Shown: positions 31,798 to 41,366 of the stretch, in pieces
Layout of the letters: each line of letters begins with the position of its first letter
Numbering within the stretch: the first letter of the stretch is position 1
IMG/VR virus record: IMGVR_UViG_3300037484_000895
Location: 1-41,366 of that record
Direction: 5' to 3' (one strand)
Origin: a virus
Lineage: Duplodnaviria; Caudoviricetes
Length of the DNA: 41,366 nucleotides
Notes under the pieces: model-generated
What the model was told of the DNA's origin: nothing
Database searches by the model: none
The model's input: only the letters and a program-made list of their open reading frames with translations
Made by a program: the position numbers and the translations under genes

Positions 31798-34700
31798 ATG
31801 GCGCAGACCCTAAACGAAACGCTTGCCGCCGCTCAAATCGCGACGGAGCGCAAGCCACTCGTGGAACTGATGTCCGACAAGTTCGTTCCGGATATTCCGT
31901 TCACCGGACAGAGGCTCGCGTCGGACTTCCCTATCTATGGCCCTGACGGGACTCCGAACGACGAGACTACTGTCGAAGCTATTGCCCTGTCGGATGGGCG
32001 GCTTGCAATCTTCACGGGATTCTCTGACCGGGATTGGGGGTATAGCAATCTGAAGTCCCGGCTTACCCTGACAAACCTGGAGCGTACGGAGTTCACGGAT
32101 TACGAACTTCCATTTCCCGACGGGATGAACGGCGCACTCGTGGAACTTGCGAACGGGAACCTCGGCGTTGTTACGACCGGAACCGTGCGGGAGGTGGACG
32201 TAACAAATAATATCGGAGCGGTCATCAGGACCACATCGGTTTCGATGGGCGATGCCCTGTACATCCCGCCCTATGCCACCCCCAACAGGAACTCCGGTCA
32301 CGTCGCCGTCGTCCGGTTGGCGAACGGAACGTACATGACCGCGTACGTCGCGGACCCCGGCGGAACAAGGACGGCCATTTCCATCAAGATTTCCACCTCC
32401 GCCGATTTCGTCACGTGGTCCGCCCCCGTTGCGATCACGATGCCCTACCTCGACGCGACCCACGCGATGTACAGTCCGTTTCTGTTCCAGACGGAAGACG
32501 GAATGCTGAACTTGCTGTTCGAATACGTCGAGCAGTTCACCGGAGATTTCGGAACGACGGAGCAGGTGAACATCTACCATTACGCTTCCGCGGACAATGG
32601 GGCGACGTGGGATGTGGCCCCTGGCGCCGGAGTGTTCGGTGCGATCACGAACTACGTGGATTTCACTGTCACGCCCCGGCATCCGTACGCGATCCCGCTG
32701 GGCGCGGGGAACTGGAGGTTCTCTTACCACGAAGCGCGGTCCGCGATGCACATGAACACCTCCGCGTTCGGGTGGGAGGGGACCGATACAGTCCGATGGA
32801 TTCAATTCGACAACGTGGAGCGCAGGGCGTACGTGGTGAATTTCGATCCGAACGCCTTCGGGAATCTTTCCTCGATCGTGGTCGTGAATCCGGACACGTG
32901 GTCCGTGACGAAATGCATCCACCCGTCTTCTGGTCCTACGTTCGGCGATATGTGGTGGGCCGGTGGGGGCTTCTCCGAGGCGACGGGAGAGCGTGACCTG
33001 GTGGTCGTGCGGAAGGGAAACCACGTCGGGGTCTACGACGCGGATTCGGACACGATCAAGGAGTTCCATTTCGAGGAGTGGCCTGCGTACGGCGTAACGA
33101 TCAACACGACGCCGAGGCCGCAGGGGCAGGGGTCGTATATCGGGCAACCGATCTTCGATATGAACATCACCCGGATGTACCTCGACTATGCGAACAGGAC
33201 CCTGTATCTGTACTGGCAGTTCGGGTACGTCTGGGGCGGAGTCCTTGCGGTGAGCAAGATCGAACTGGATCAGACCGGCCCGGAGTATTCAAGCGATATC
33301 CTGTTCAAGAAGGACGCGCTTCCTCCCGGATCGGATCCCGGGCAGATGCCGACAGACGCGCAGATGGCGGCGATATCCGGCAGCGGAGATTTCAAGGTCT
33401 ACCCGGACGACAATCTTATCGTCATCTCCGGCGGGGTCACGACAAACCTTGAGGGAATTGGCGGGCCGTGGAACGGAGTCACGATCTGTTACGCGATGAA
33501 CGGGAGCCTCATCCACTTCTTCGATTCGACAATGAGCGACCTCTACCCGTATCGCGGGATCACGAAGTTCGTGAAGATCGGCTACGACCTGTGGGGGGTC
33601 TTTCACTACGAGCCCGCGTACGGGAACGAGCAACGAAGGGGGCTGTGCCGGATCAATCTGGCGGATTTCTCCATCACGTATTACCGGCCGACACACGCCT
33701 TCATCGACGATTACAAGTTCAATAATCTGATCGCGACCGCCGACGGGACGGAGGTCATATTATCGAACGACCAGTACGGCGTTGATGTGTTCAATGTCGA
33801 AACGGCGGTGTGGGAGCATTTCGATAACAACAATATGGCCGGCCTGTTCGTCGCGGACCCGCAGGTGAGTCAGAACCTTGCTTACGACGAGGCGAAGGAG
33901 TTCATCTTCCTCGGGATCTATGAGTCGGGATACGTGGGCGGCAGGATCACCTACTTCTACCGCCACGGCTTCATGACCCAGCCGCAGTACCTGACCGCGA
34001 TCTACTCCGGGACCGCATGGACGTACGGAACGCGCTCCCCACTGCTGACGCCGAGGACCGACAAGGACCTGGTTATGACGATCGACCCGGCGAGTTCCGG
34101 GGGATCGTACGCTTTCTGGCTCCATGTCAATCCTGATGGGAGCCTGCGGGTGCGGTGGGACAAGGACCTCGCGGACTTCAATCTGTCCGACTACCTTGTG
34201 GCCGGATCGTCCGTGACGATCAAGCGGTCGATCGACGGCACCCCGAATAAATTGTCGTTTTCCTGTACGCATGGGCATCTGTTCGACCCGCACAACGTCG
34301 ACTCCCTGTGGTCGCCCGTCCTGAAGAAGTACCGGCGCATCAGGGTTCGGTTCGGGGAGGAGGTCGCGGGCGTCCAGTACTGGACGGAGGCCGGGACGTT
34401 CGTGGTGATCTCCACGAAACTGTCCCACAAGCGCGGGGAATACCCGAACATCTCGGTCGAGTGCGAGGACCTTCGGATCTGGTGGGAGGACGCGGAGATC
34501 GTCGCCACGGAGCATTACGAGATGACCCCGGAGCAGATTCTCACGGACGTCATTTCGACCTGGGGCGGGATGGTCGCCGAGGATGTCGTCCTCCCGGCGA
34601 TGGAGGGTTCGTACGAGGTCTGGTTCCAATGGCTCGACACGACCATCAAGAAAGTGGTGGACGGACTCGTTGGGCGGTTCGGGTACTTCCCGACGATCAC

Positions 34701-35652
34701 GGTGGACAACAAGTTCACGGTGAGAAAGATCAGCAACGCGAACGCCGTGGATCATACCTATCCGGACACGACGATGCTGATCGGGTTCACGCCGGACGAC
34801 GACTTCTCCGACTTCACGAATCGCGTGACAGTGGTGGGGGAGTCTCGGGATTTCATCGACGTGCTGTACGAGGAGGAGGCGGTCGGGACTCTGTACGGCA
34901 CCGCCGGATGGTGGGGGCACAAGAAGACGTTCGATGTCTGGTATTCGGAGGATCACCAGCGGAAGGCGAAGAACCCACGGCTGAAGATACTCGAAAGCGT
35001 GAGGCTGAACAGGTTCATCGGAAAACTGGGTGGCGGTAGCGAGTCGATTATTTCCGTGGATGCGGATGAGCTCTTCTGTACCGTTGAGATTGTCATTCCG
35101 GATATGACTACCCATGCATGGGCGATGGGCTTTAATGTTCTTGCTGGCGGCATTGCTACCGGTTTCGTGGGAACGTGCTGTCCAAACGTGGCGTTCGGGA
35201 TGTTTATCGGGTGGACCGTAACGCTATCCATTCTCCTTTATATTCTTTCCGGCATCGTGAATTGGCAGTACGAGATTTGGGCACGACCGTACGGGCAGCA
35301 GCGGCTGGGCTGCTCCGGGCAGGCGAACGATTTGGACCTGCAAGCCCTGTTGAACCGGATCAACGAGAAGAAACTGGACGAGCCGCTGTGTATTAGCCCG
35401 GAGCAATGCCAATGGCTGGCGGAACACGAGTTGATGATCGTGATGATGCAAAGGAACCGAGTGCAGTTCGATAAGATCGCTCACCTGCAAGATGAGGAGG
35501 GGGACACGCTCGTGATCCCGCATCCGTACAGCGGAAAGCCGCTGACGGTGTTCGTCACGGACCTGGCCAGGTCGTTTCATATACCGAGTCCTGAAGGAAG
35601 CGGCGGCGGATTCGTGGATTCGATCACCGGCTGGAAGGTGTGGCCGCTGTGA
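31798..35652 (+). CDS. Tail tip / baseplate hub (Tal-like) protein with inserted beta-propellers
   Basis: 1284 aa; Asp-boxes SADFVTW and SADNGATW; C-terminal hub motifs (GTFVV, ECEDL, NRVTVVG, HLQDEEGD). Confidence 0.75.
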   Translation: MAQTLNETLAAAQIATERKPLVELMSDKFVPDIPFTGQRLASDFPIYGPDGTPNDETTVEAIALSDGRLAIFTGFSDRDWGYSNLKSRLTLTNLERTEFTDYELPFPDGMNGALVELANGNLGVVTTGTVREVDVTNNIGAVIRTTSVSMGDALYIPPYATPNRNSGHVAVVRLANGTYMTAYVADPGGTRTAISIKISTSADFVTWSAPVAITMPYLDATHAMYSPFLFQTEDGMLNLLFEYVEQFTGDFGTTEQVNIYHYASADNGATWDVAPGAGVFGAITNYVDFTVTPRHPYAIPLGAGNWRFSYHEARSAMHMNTSAFGWEGTDTVRWIQFDNVERRAYVVNFDPNAFGNLSSIVVVNPDTWSVTKCIHPSSGPTFGDMWWAGGGFSEATGERDLVVVRKGNHVGVYDADSDTIKEFHFEEWPAYGVTINTTPRPQGQGSYIGQPIFDMNITRMYLDYANRTLYLYWQFGYVWGGVLAVSKIELDQTGPEYSSDILFKKDALPPGSDPGQMPTDAQMAAISGSGDFKVYPDDNLIVISGGVTTNLEGIGGPWNGVTICYAMNGSLIHFFDSTMSDLYPYRGITKFVKIGYDLWGVFHYEPAYGNEQRRGLCRINLADFSITYYRPTHAFIDDYKFNNLIATADGTEVILSNDQYGVDVFNVETAVWEHFDNNNMAGLFVADPQVSQNLAYDEAKEFIFLGIYESGYVGGRITYFYRHGFMTQPQYLTAIYSGTAWTYGTRSPLLTPRTDKDLVMTIDPASSGGSYAFWLHVNPDGSLRVRWDKDLADFNLSDYLVAGSSVTIKRSIDGTPNKLSFSCTHGHLFDPHNVDSLWSPVLKKYRRIRVRFGEEVAGVQYWTEAGTFVVISTKLSHKRGEYPNISVECEDLRIWWEDAEIVATEHYEMTPEQILTDVISTWGGMVAEDVVLPAMEGSYEVWFQWLDTTIKKVVDGLVGRFGYFPTITVDNKFTVRKISNANAVDHTYPDTTMLIGFTPDDDFSDFTNRVTVVGESRDFIDVLYEEEAVGTLYGTAGWWGHKKTFDVWYSEDHQRKAKNPRLKILESVRLNRFIGKLGGGSESIISVDADELFCTVEIVIPDMTTHAWAMGFNVLAGGIATGFVGTCCPNVAFGMFIGWTVTLSILLYILSGIVNWQYEIWARPYGQQRLGCSGQANDLDLQALLNRINEKKLDEPLCISPEQCQWLAEHELMIVMMQRNRVQFDKIAHLQDEEGDTLVIPHPYSGKPLTVFVTDLARSFHIPSPEGSGGGFVDSITGWKVWPL

Positions 35653-37010
35653 GATTGTACGGTAAAAAGTTCATCGCGAACCGGACGGAGAGCCGGATAC
35701 AGGACCGCAAGGAGTCCCGGGACGCGATCGTCTACGACATTGACGTGACGAACAAGTTCTGCCTAGTGAGGGTCGCGGGCACGGACATCCTCGTGCGGGC
35801 GTGGTTCCCGGCGAACTTCATGCGGGCTCCGGTGTGGCTTAAGACGGGAACCGCAGTTCGGATCGCGCACGTCGGTGGGGACAAGAGCAGGATCGAGGTC
35901 GTCTCCCCCGGGCTGGTGCAGCCGACTTCCGTGATGTCCCCGATGATGGGCGGGGTGGACGCGATCATGGTCGGCATGGACCCCACCGCGACCGGTACCT
36001 CGTGGCAGGTCAAGATCACCGCCGGAACGTACCGGATCAACGGCGTGCTGTTCACCTTCGCCCCAGGCGGCCCGGGGATGGATAACGAGAACTGGCACAT
36101 GGGCGACGGCGGGGATATGTCGGGAACGTACTGGTGGGGCGTCGTCGATCCAATCTCCCCGCACGACGAAGGGGAACTTTGGTACCGGTACGACGCCTTC
36201 ATGATCGGGACGGACGGCGTGGTCGACTATGTGAAAGGCGAGGAGTGGCAATGGACCGGGTTGTATGGGAGCGAGGAGGGGCCGACGAAGCCAGCTGTCC
36301 CGGTCGATCATGTGCTCATAAGAGATTACATTCTGGTCTCGTCCTATACGACCTCCATTGACCAAGCAAACATCGGGGAAGTGTTTATTGGGCCGTACCC
36401 GAACAGCCTCAGCGTGGAGTACGGTTACGCAACTCCGTTTTATGAACCCAATGTGGACGGGGAAGGCAACAGCCTGTACGCGAGGAACGTTCCGGGAAAC
36501 GGCATAGGCGTTGTCTGGGGAGGGGAAGATATATATGTCTCGGCGAGTGAAGGAGGTCCAAACAGGGGGGCGGTTTCTCTTGACATGGAGGCTTCCGCCA
36601 CCATAACGGTCCTCGATCAATACGGGCAACCGTTCTCTTGGTGGGCGTCCGGCTCTCTTAATGAGTTGGATATTTGCTACATCGGATCACCCCGGGGGGA
36701 CCACGGGACTACGAGCACCGGGCTGGGGGGCCCCGGAGAGGTGCCGCCCTTGACAGATAACTCAGGGATAGGAAGTCCTGTCAGGGTGAACCTCGGCCTC
36801 GGTTCTTCCTATACGATTCATTACGTGCGGGCGCATACAATAATAGATCAGCCGGACAACATGGCGGACGGATATCCCTCTTATGCACAGGGGGACGCGG
36901 ATTCTCATACGGCGGTTCTCAAAGTCGATTTGATTTCGGAGCAGGCAATTCATCCTGTTTCTACCATGGTGACGTTCGTCAACCTTAACGCTGCCGGGAG
37001 TCCGATGTAA
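35649..37010 (+). CDS. Tail spike/fibre-like protein with an N-terminal OB-like domain
   Basis: GTGA-coupled; beta-rich; Gly/Ser-rich and more AT-rich C-terminal half. Confidence 0.6.
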   Translation: MRLYGKKFIANRTESRIQDRKESRDAIVYDIDVTNKFCLVRVAGTDILVRAWFPANFMRAPVWLKTGTAVRIAHVGGDKSRIEVVSPGLVQPTSVMSPMMGGVDAIMVGMDPTATGTSWQVKITAGTYRINGVLFTFAPGGPGMDNENWHMGDGGDMSGTYWWGVVDPISPHDEGELWYRYDAFMIGTDGVVDYVKGEEWQWTGLYGSEEGPTKPAVPVDHVLIRDYILVSSYTTSIDQANIGEVFIGPYPNSLSVEYGYATPFYEPNVDGEGNSLYARNVPGNGIGVVWGGEDIYVSASEGGPNRGAVSLDMEASATITVLDQYGQPFSWWASGSLNELDICYIGSPRGDHGTTSTGLGGPGEVPPLTDNSGIGSPVRVNLGLGSSYTIHYVRAHTIIDQPDNMADGYPSYAQGDADSHTAVLKVDLISEQAIHPVSTMVTFVNLNAAGSPM

Positions 37011-37021
37011 AGGGGGGAAAC

Positions 37022-37258
37022 GTGGAGGAACTGTTGCGGGAAATGTTGGTCGAAATGAAGAAACACACTGTCGTCCTGTCAGACATCAAGGCTGTGCTGG
37101 AGGGGACGAGGTCTGACAGGTCAACGAATCGGAAGGAAGGATTTGAGAGAGGCATGAAGGAAATGACAGCGAATCTTGCCGCATCGTTCAAGGGCACTCC
37201 GTTTGAGGGCATCCTGGCGAATATGATGCCGAAGGTTGGTGGGCCTCATGGGAAATAA
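37022..37258 (+). CDS. Small helical hypothetical protein
   Basis: SD-like GGGGG before GTG; 78 aa. Confidence 0.55.
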   Translation: MEELLREMLVEMKKHTVVLSDIKAVLEGTRSDRSTNRKEGFERGMKEMTANLAASFKGTPFEGILANMMPKVGGPHGK

Positions 37259-37697
37259 CTTTCATACTCCGTGGACGGCGGAGACGACCTATGTTCCAGG
37301 GGACATGAACCCGCCTCTTGCAAGTCTGGATAAAGCGATCACGAAACTGAAGAACCTGATCGTCCACTGCGACGGCGCGATCGAGTACCACCCGCTGTCC
37401 GGCATCCTTTACTGGACCGGCCCGCTGCGGTTCGCGTTCAACGCGACGAACGGGCTGGCGTGCGTGAATCAGGCGGCGGCCGGCAGCGTGCAACTGGACG
37501 ACAACGAGTTCGCGTACGTGGATCTCTCGGAGACGAACGGCGCGGAACTGACCGTCCAGAAGGCGGCGGTCTCTGCGGGATCCGCCTCCAACTTCATCGC
37601 CTTCAATCGGGTTGTGCTCGGATACCGGAACGCGGTATCGAACGACTTCTTCCCGGTGGCGCTGCGGCAGCCGTGGCCGAACACCGCCGGATCGTAG
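37248..37697 (+). CDS. Putative minor tail protein
   Basis: MGNNFHTPW...MNPPLASLDKAI resembles fibre N-terminal anchors; position in the tail module. Confidence 0.6.
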   Translation: MGNNFHTPWTAETTYVPGDMNPPLASLDKAITKLKNLIVHCDGAIEYHPLSGILYWTGPLRFAFNATNGLACVNQAAAGSVQLDDNEFAYVDLSETNGAELTVQKAAVSAGSASNFIAFNRVVLGYRNAVSNDFFPVALRQPWPNTAGS

Positions 37698-37743
37698 CCG
37701 GTAGACACCTGAACAGATAGTCCACCCCATATCGCTTCGAACG

Positions 37744-37772
37744 AAGGCCCCTTCCCGGGGCCTTTTTTATTT
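37744..37772 (+). terminator. Intrinsic terminator
   Basis: AAGGCCCC-TTCCC-GGGGCCTT followed by TTTTATTT. Confidence 0.85.
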
Positions 37773-37795
37773 CCCCAACACGAAGGAGGAAGGCT

Positions 37796-38311
37796 ATGAA
37801 GAAGTTCTTCGCGCGGTTGCTCGGATTCACCGGCAAGATCGCGATGCGGACGAAGTACGAGGTCGAGTGCTTCGGCCCGGACGGGAAGTTGAAATGGCAG
37901 GACGGCTTCGAGAACCTCGTCGTCACAGCGGGGCTGAACAAGATCCTCGACGCTTGCTTCAAGACCGGCCTTGCGGCACCGGCGTGGTACGTGGGCTTGA
38001 AGGACACCGGCACGCCGGACCCGGCGGACACGATGGCTTCTCACGCGTCGTGGCCGTGGATCGACAACTACACCGGGGACCGGCAGGCGTTCACGCCGGG
38101 AACCATCTCCGGCGGGTCGGTTTCCAACTCCGGGGCGAAGGCCGTCTTCCCGATCACCGGGGACGACACGATCTACGGCTGCGGCCTCTGCGACAGCGCG
38201 ACCGGCGACACCGGTGTGCTGTACGGAGCCGGGGATTTCGCTTCTCCGCGCGCGGTCCTGTCCGGCGACACGCTGAACGTGCAGGTCACTCTGACGGCGG
38301 AAGCGGCGTAA
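37796..38311 (+). CDS. Tail collar / fibre-attachment protein
   Basis: NLVVTAGLNKILD, WYVGL, F......I.G.GL.D...G.L, R.V.SGDTLNV family pattern; strong SD. Confidence 0.7.
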   Translation: MKKFFARLLGFTGKIAMRTKYEVECFGPDGKLKWQDGFENLVVTAGLNKILDACFKTGLAAPAWYVGLKDTGTPDPADTMASHASWPWIDNYTGDRQAFTPGTISGGSVSNSGAKAVFPITGDDTIYGCGLCDSATGDTGVLYGAGDFASPRAVLSGDTLNVQVTLTAEAA

Positions 38312-38329
38312 GGAAGCCAGGAGGAATAG

Positions 38330-40156
38330 ATGGCGGCGTTCACGTCTACCGGGTCCGGGAATTGGAACGACGGCGCGACTTGGGGCCATGCCTCGCCGGG
38401 GTCGAAGGGAACGGATTGGCCGGGGAACACCGGGGATACGTTCAACGTCGCTGCCGGCCATACCGTCATCTACAACGTATCGGAAACAAACGCTCTCGGA
38501 GCGAGCCAGATAAACGGCATCCTGTCGTTTCTCGCTTCCGCGAGCACGAAGATGATCCTGAGCGCGGCCCTTACGGTACAGAACGGAGGAACCTTACGGA
38601 TGGGTTCCTCCGGCACTCCGATTGATTCTTCTCATGCCGCTGAACTGTATTTCACGGTGGGTGATGGATCGAACGGATTGGTCCTCGCCGCTACCGGGAA
38701 ACTGGAAGCGTTTGGTACAGACTTTACTGGTGAGACACACTTGTCGTATCTTACGGCCAATTGGACTTCCGGTCAGACATTCACCGTCAAGGGCGATGTT
38801 ACGGCAGCATGGGCCGCAGGACAAACCCTCGTCGTTCAGAGATTTCATTCGGCCTATCCTACAGCCATTGGCGGTGGGGAATATACGATTGCGTCGATGG
38901 CTGCGAATGGATCTGATACCGATGTGACGATCAGCGAAGCAGCTCCCAGCACAACCTTCCGGGCTGGCGCTCTTGTCATGCACACTAAGCGCAATGTTAC
39001 ATTGGGGAAAACTTCCGCAACAAGAACGCTTGGGAATAAGAACACCTCGCGTCCTGTATTCAGCACAAGTTCTACAAGTATTGTCATCGCTTATGTTGAC
39101 GTTCAGGATGCTGAATTTGTTGGAGTGCAGCAGTTATTCATCCCTGGCGCGGGAAACAATCCGTACATGAAGTTTACGAGGGTTGTGGCGAGAAACGGAT
39201 ATTTCATCGGTTCGGCGGGAGCCGCTTCGCAATCCATGAACGTCATCTGGGACAGATGCTTTTTCATATCTTGGGATAGTTTCTATGGGCAACGCCGCGC
39301 CACTTTTACTGGATGTGTCCTGTTCGACACTCCTATTTCGCTGATATACCAAAGTACATTCACCGACTGTTATTTCGTGCAACTCGTTGGTATGATGTTT
39401 TCCACGTCAGTTGTTCAGAACGTATTTAGAAATTGCGATTGGGTTGAATTGCAACGTGCTCTCGGATGTGTGGATTATACCGGTCCGATCATGGGAAATA
39501 AGTTCTTTAACTGCAATTTTGGATTGTTCCGGCATAACGCTAATACTTGTACATTTGTCCAACATTACAACGCCGTTCCGACGTACGGAGGGGAGTACCA
39601 TTACAATTCGAAATTCAACGTGGATGTGACTTATTACGATTGGTCAACCTGGCCGGGTCCGTTCATCACCTACGACGACTATAACGGGACGTTTGGGGAT
39701 ACGAGGCGGCACGCCAGAGGTATACGAACGAAAACGAACACTACGGTTGTTCGTGATGGTGGTTCGGAGAATTCGTTGGAGATTTCCGATCTCACTTATA
39801 ATGACCCAAGATATCTTAATTATCCGATCTTTGAGTGGGTCGAATGGGATGTCCCCGCGTCGGAACAGACCAGAAAGATATACATTCGTGGGGGGAACGG
39901 GGGTGCGGAGGATTGGAGCACCTACCCGACCGCCGCAGAACTGTTCCTCGAAGCGGAGTATTACGACGAAGCCGGGACTTGCCACAAGGCGTTCGCCGTA
40001 TCCACGGCGGTCCTGACGGACAACACGACATGGACGGCGTTCCCCGTGACATTTACTCCCGGCAGGGTCGGTCAGGTGGCCTATCGCCTGCGGCTTGGCC
40101 TTGTGACAGGCGTGGCGTCTAAGAAACTCTATGCCGATCCGCAGTTGAACAGTTAA
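38330..40156 (+). CDS. Receptor-binding/fibre protein with a G8-like N-terminus and parallel beta-helix
   Basis: STGSGNWNDGATW...P...GD...AGHTV (G8-like); repeated F..C.F beta-helix turns; AT-rich core. Confidence 0.7.
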   Translation: MAAFTSTGSGNWNDGATWGHASPGSKGTDWPGNTGDTFNVAAGHTVIYNVSETNALGASQINGILSFLASASTKMILSAALTVQNGGTLRMGSSGTPIDSSHAAELYFTVGDGSNGLVLAATGKLEAFGTDFTGETHLSYLTANWTSGQTFTVKGDVTAAWAAGQTLVVQRFHSAYPTAIGGGEYTIASMAANGSDTDVTISEAAPSTTFRAGALVMHTKRNVTLGKTSATRTLGNKNTSRPVFSTSSTSIVIAYVDVQDAEFVGVQQLFIPGAGNNPYMKFTRVVARNGYFIGSAGAASQSMNVIWDRCFFISWDSFYGQRRATFTGCVLFDTPISLIYQSTFTDCYFVQLVGMMFSTSVVQNVFRNCDWVELQRALGCVDYTGPIMGNKFFNCNFGLFRHNANTCTFVQHYNAVPTYGGEYHYNSKFNVDVTYYDWSTWPGPFITYDDYNGTFGDTRRHARGIRTKTNTTVVRDGGSENSLEISDLTYNDPRYLNYPIFEWVEWDVPASEQTRKIYIRGGNGGAEDWSTYPTAAELFLEAEYYDEAGTCHKAFAVSTAVLTDNTTWTAFPVTFTPGRVGQVAYRLRLGLVTGVASKKLYADPQLNS

Positions 40157-41366
40157 TGGCCGTCATCAACACAGCGCGGTGGTATAACGGGCAACCGGAT
40201 CTTCCGGACACGTCGGCAGGGTCCGCGCTTCCGCGAGACGCCCGTTTTGTAGACGGCACGGCGTGGATGTTCGACGCTCTCCTGACCGCAGCGACGTACA
40301 ACGAATCTCTGACCCTTGCCATCGCCGCCGACTTGTCCCGGTCCGGGATCCTCTCCGCGATCAACGCTCTGGTCCTTGCGGTTGCGTCCGGGCAGGATCA
40401 ATCCGGGGGCATGACGTTCGATGAAGCCGTGGAGCTCGCGGTGAGCGCGGCGAAGGCGCAAGGGGCCGCCGCGTCCATGGAGTCCGGGATCTCTTTCGGG
40501 GTGGGCGCCGGTCTGACGCTCTCCGCAGCCCTTTCGATGGCCGAGGCCTGCGCCTTCGGAATTGCCGTCGCCAAGGCCGTCGCAGGCGGGGCGGATTTCC
40601 ACGAGGCGGTCGTCCTCGCGATCAACGCCATGGAAGCCCGGTCTGCGACAACCTCCATGAACGCCTCCATGTCCCTCGGCATCGTGGCGGAGCAGAGCGA
40701 CGGGACCGTCCTTTCGACGGACGCGGCGATCGCCCTCTCCCTCGCCATGGCGATGCTGCAGGCCGGAAGCATCGAAGCGGGAGCCGACACCTACGACGAG
40801 GCGGTGACGATCGCGGCGAAGATGGGGATGTCGCAGGCCTCCATCGGTACGCTTCAGGAAGCCGTGATGCTGGCGACGGCGGCGGGCATGGGGCAGGCCG
40901 GCCAGTCCGTCCTCGTCAACGCCCTCCTCCTGCAGGCGACTGCGGCGATGGCGCAGGCCTCCGTGGGCACCCTGCTGGCGTCTCTCAACCTGGACGTCTC
41001 CGTGGGCGAGGCGTTCGGGACGGCGATGATCCTGCAAGCGTCCATCCTGCTCGATGTGGCGGGCGGGCTGACCGGGATCGGCGGAATGTCGCTCGACGAA
41101 GCCGCGTCCCTTGGGATCAATGCGGGGATGGCGCAGACCATCGGGCTCCTGCTGTCGAACGCCATGAGCCTGAACGTGCGAGCGTCGCAGGCGCAGACGG
41201 CGGTCATGACGGCGGAGGCGCATGCCGCGCTCTCTATCGCGTGCGGGCAGATCGACGCCGCCGTGGAGGAGTACCACGTCTCGCTCGCGCTCTCCATCGT
41301 GGCCAGCATGGATCGGTGGGGGATCGTGCCGAGGATCGCCGCGGCGAAGCACCTCTACAACGCCCT
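40156..41366 (+). CDS. Ala-rich repeat fibre protein with a 20-aa period (3' end runs off the window)
   Basis: Not in the ORF track; TAATG-coupled ATG 40156, open to the window end: MAVINTARWYNGQPDL...TYNESLTLAIAADLSRSGILSAINALVLAVASGQDQSGGMTFDEAVELA... Confidence 0.8.
   Translation, partial: MAVINTARWYNGQPDLPDTSAGSALPRDARFVDGTAWMFDALLTAATYNESLTLAIAADLSRSGILSAINALVLAVASGQDQSGGMTFDEAVELAVSAAKAQGAAASMESGISFGVGAGLTLSAALSMAEACAFGIAVAKAVAGGADFHEAVVLAINAMEARSATTSMNASMSLGIVAEQSDGTVLSTDAAIALSLAMAMLQAGSIEAGADTYDEAVTIAAKMGMSQASIGTLQEAVMLATAAGMGQAGQSVLVNALLLQATAAMAQASVGTLLASLNLDVSVGEAFGTAMILQASILLDVAGGLTGIGGMSLDEAASLGINAGMAQTIGLLLSNAMSLNVRASQAQTAVMTAEAHAALSIACGQIDAAVEEYHVSLALSIVASMDRWGIVPRIAAAKHLYNA

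Larger units (their letters stand above)
1..41366. mobile_element. Temperate siphovirus-like phage/prophage segment, lambdoid gene order, truncated at both ends
   Basis: Divergent cI/cro switch followed by replication, terminase, portal, protease, HK97-type capsid, neck, tail tube, frameshifting chaperone, tape measure and tail tip in canonical order; no sheath gene; no host housekeeping genes. Confidence 0.97.

Noticed and set aside
38330-40156. Diversity-generating retroelement target in the fibre gene
   Set aside because: No reverse transcriptase or template/variable repeat pair visible in the window; cannot be excluded outside it
19640-41352. Long minus-strand ORFs (e.g. 19640-21319, 27946-29826, 33760-35115, 40153-41352)
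   Set aside because: Antisense shadows of GC-rich genes, with no motifs or RBS
1-41366. CRISPR array or cas operon (prompted by the Cas4-like gene)
   Set aside because: No regularly spaced repeats and no other cas genes seen

Overview
The whole window is one continuous segment of a GC-rich, temperate, long-tailed (siphovirus-like) phage or prophage with lambdoid organisation, truncated at both ends (no integrase, att site or lysis genes are visible). From left to right it carries: (1) a leftward early operon of small genes ending in a Cas4/AddB-like PD-(D/E)XK nuclease, preceded by a ~690-nt highly base-paired non-coding leader; (2) a cI/cro immunity switch with four TAACCC-N3-GGGTTA-type operators and a lipoprotein co-transcribed with the repressor; (3) a rightward early operon with a CII-like regulator, C5 DNA methyltransferase, replication initiator with iteron-like repeats, RuvC-like resolvase, many Zn-ribbon miniproteins and a sigma70 region-4-only protein whose sequence suggests a deltaproteobacterial-type host (inference); (4) the late operon: TerS, TerL, a portal-MuF fusion, prohead protease, HK97-type capsid, a GT4 + SAM-methyltransferase + GT9 cassette inserted between capsid and neck genes, neck and tail genes with a -1 frameshift chaperone, tape measure, two Dit-like paralogues (the second split by an in-frame TAG), a large tail-tip protein and fibres. 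The most notable signals are the candidate virion glycosylation (heptosylation) cassette, the large structured leader RNA with a boxA-like site, a near-perfect chromosomal-type parS site, the split Dit gene and the sigma-region-4 protein. All family calls come from motif recognition by eye; no database search was run.
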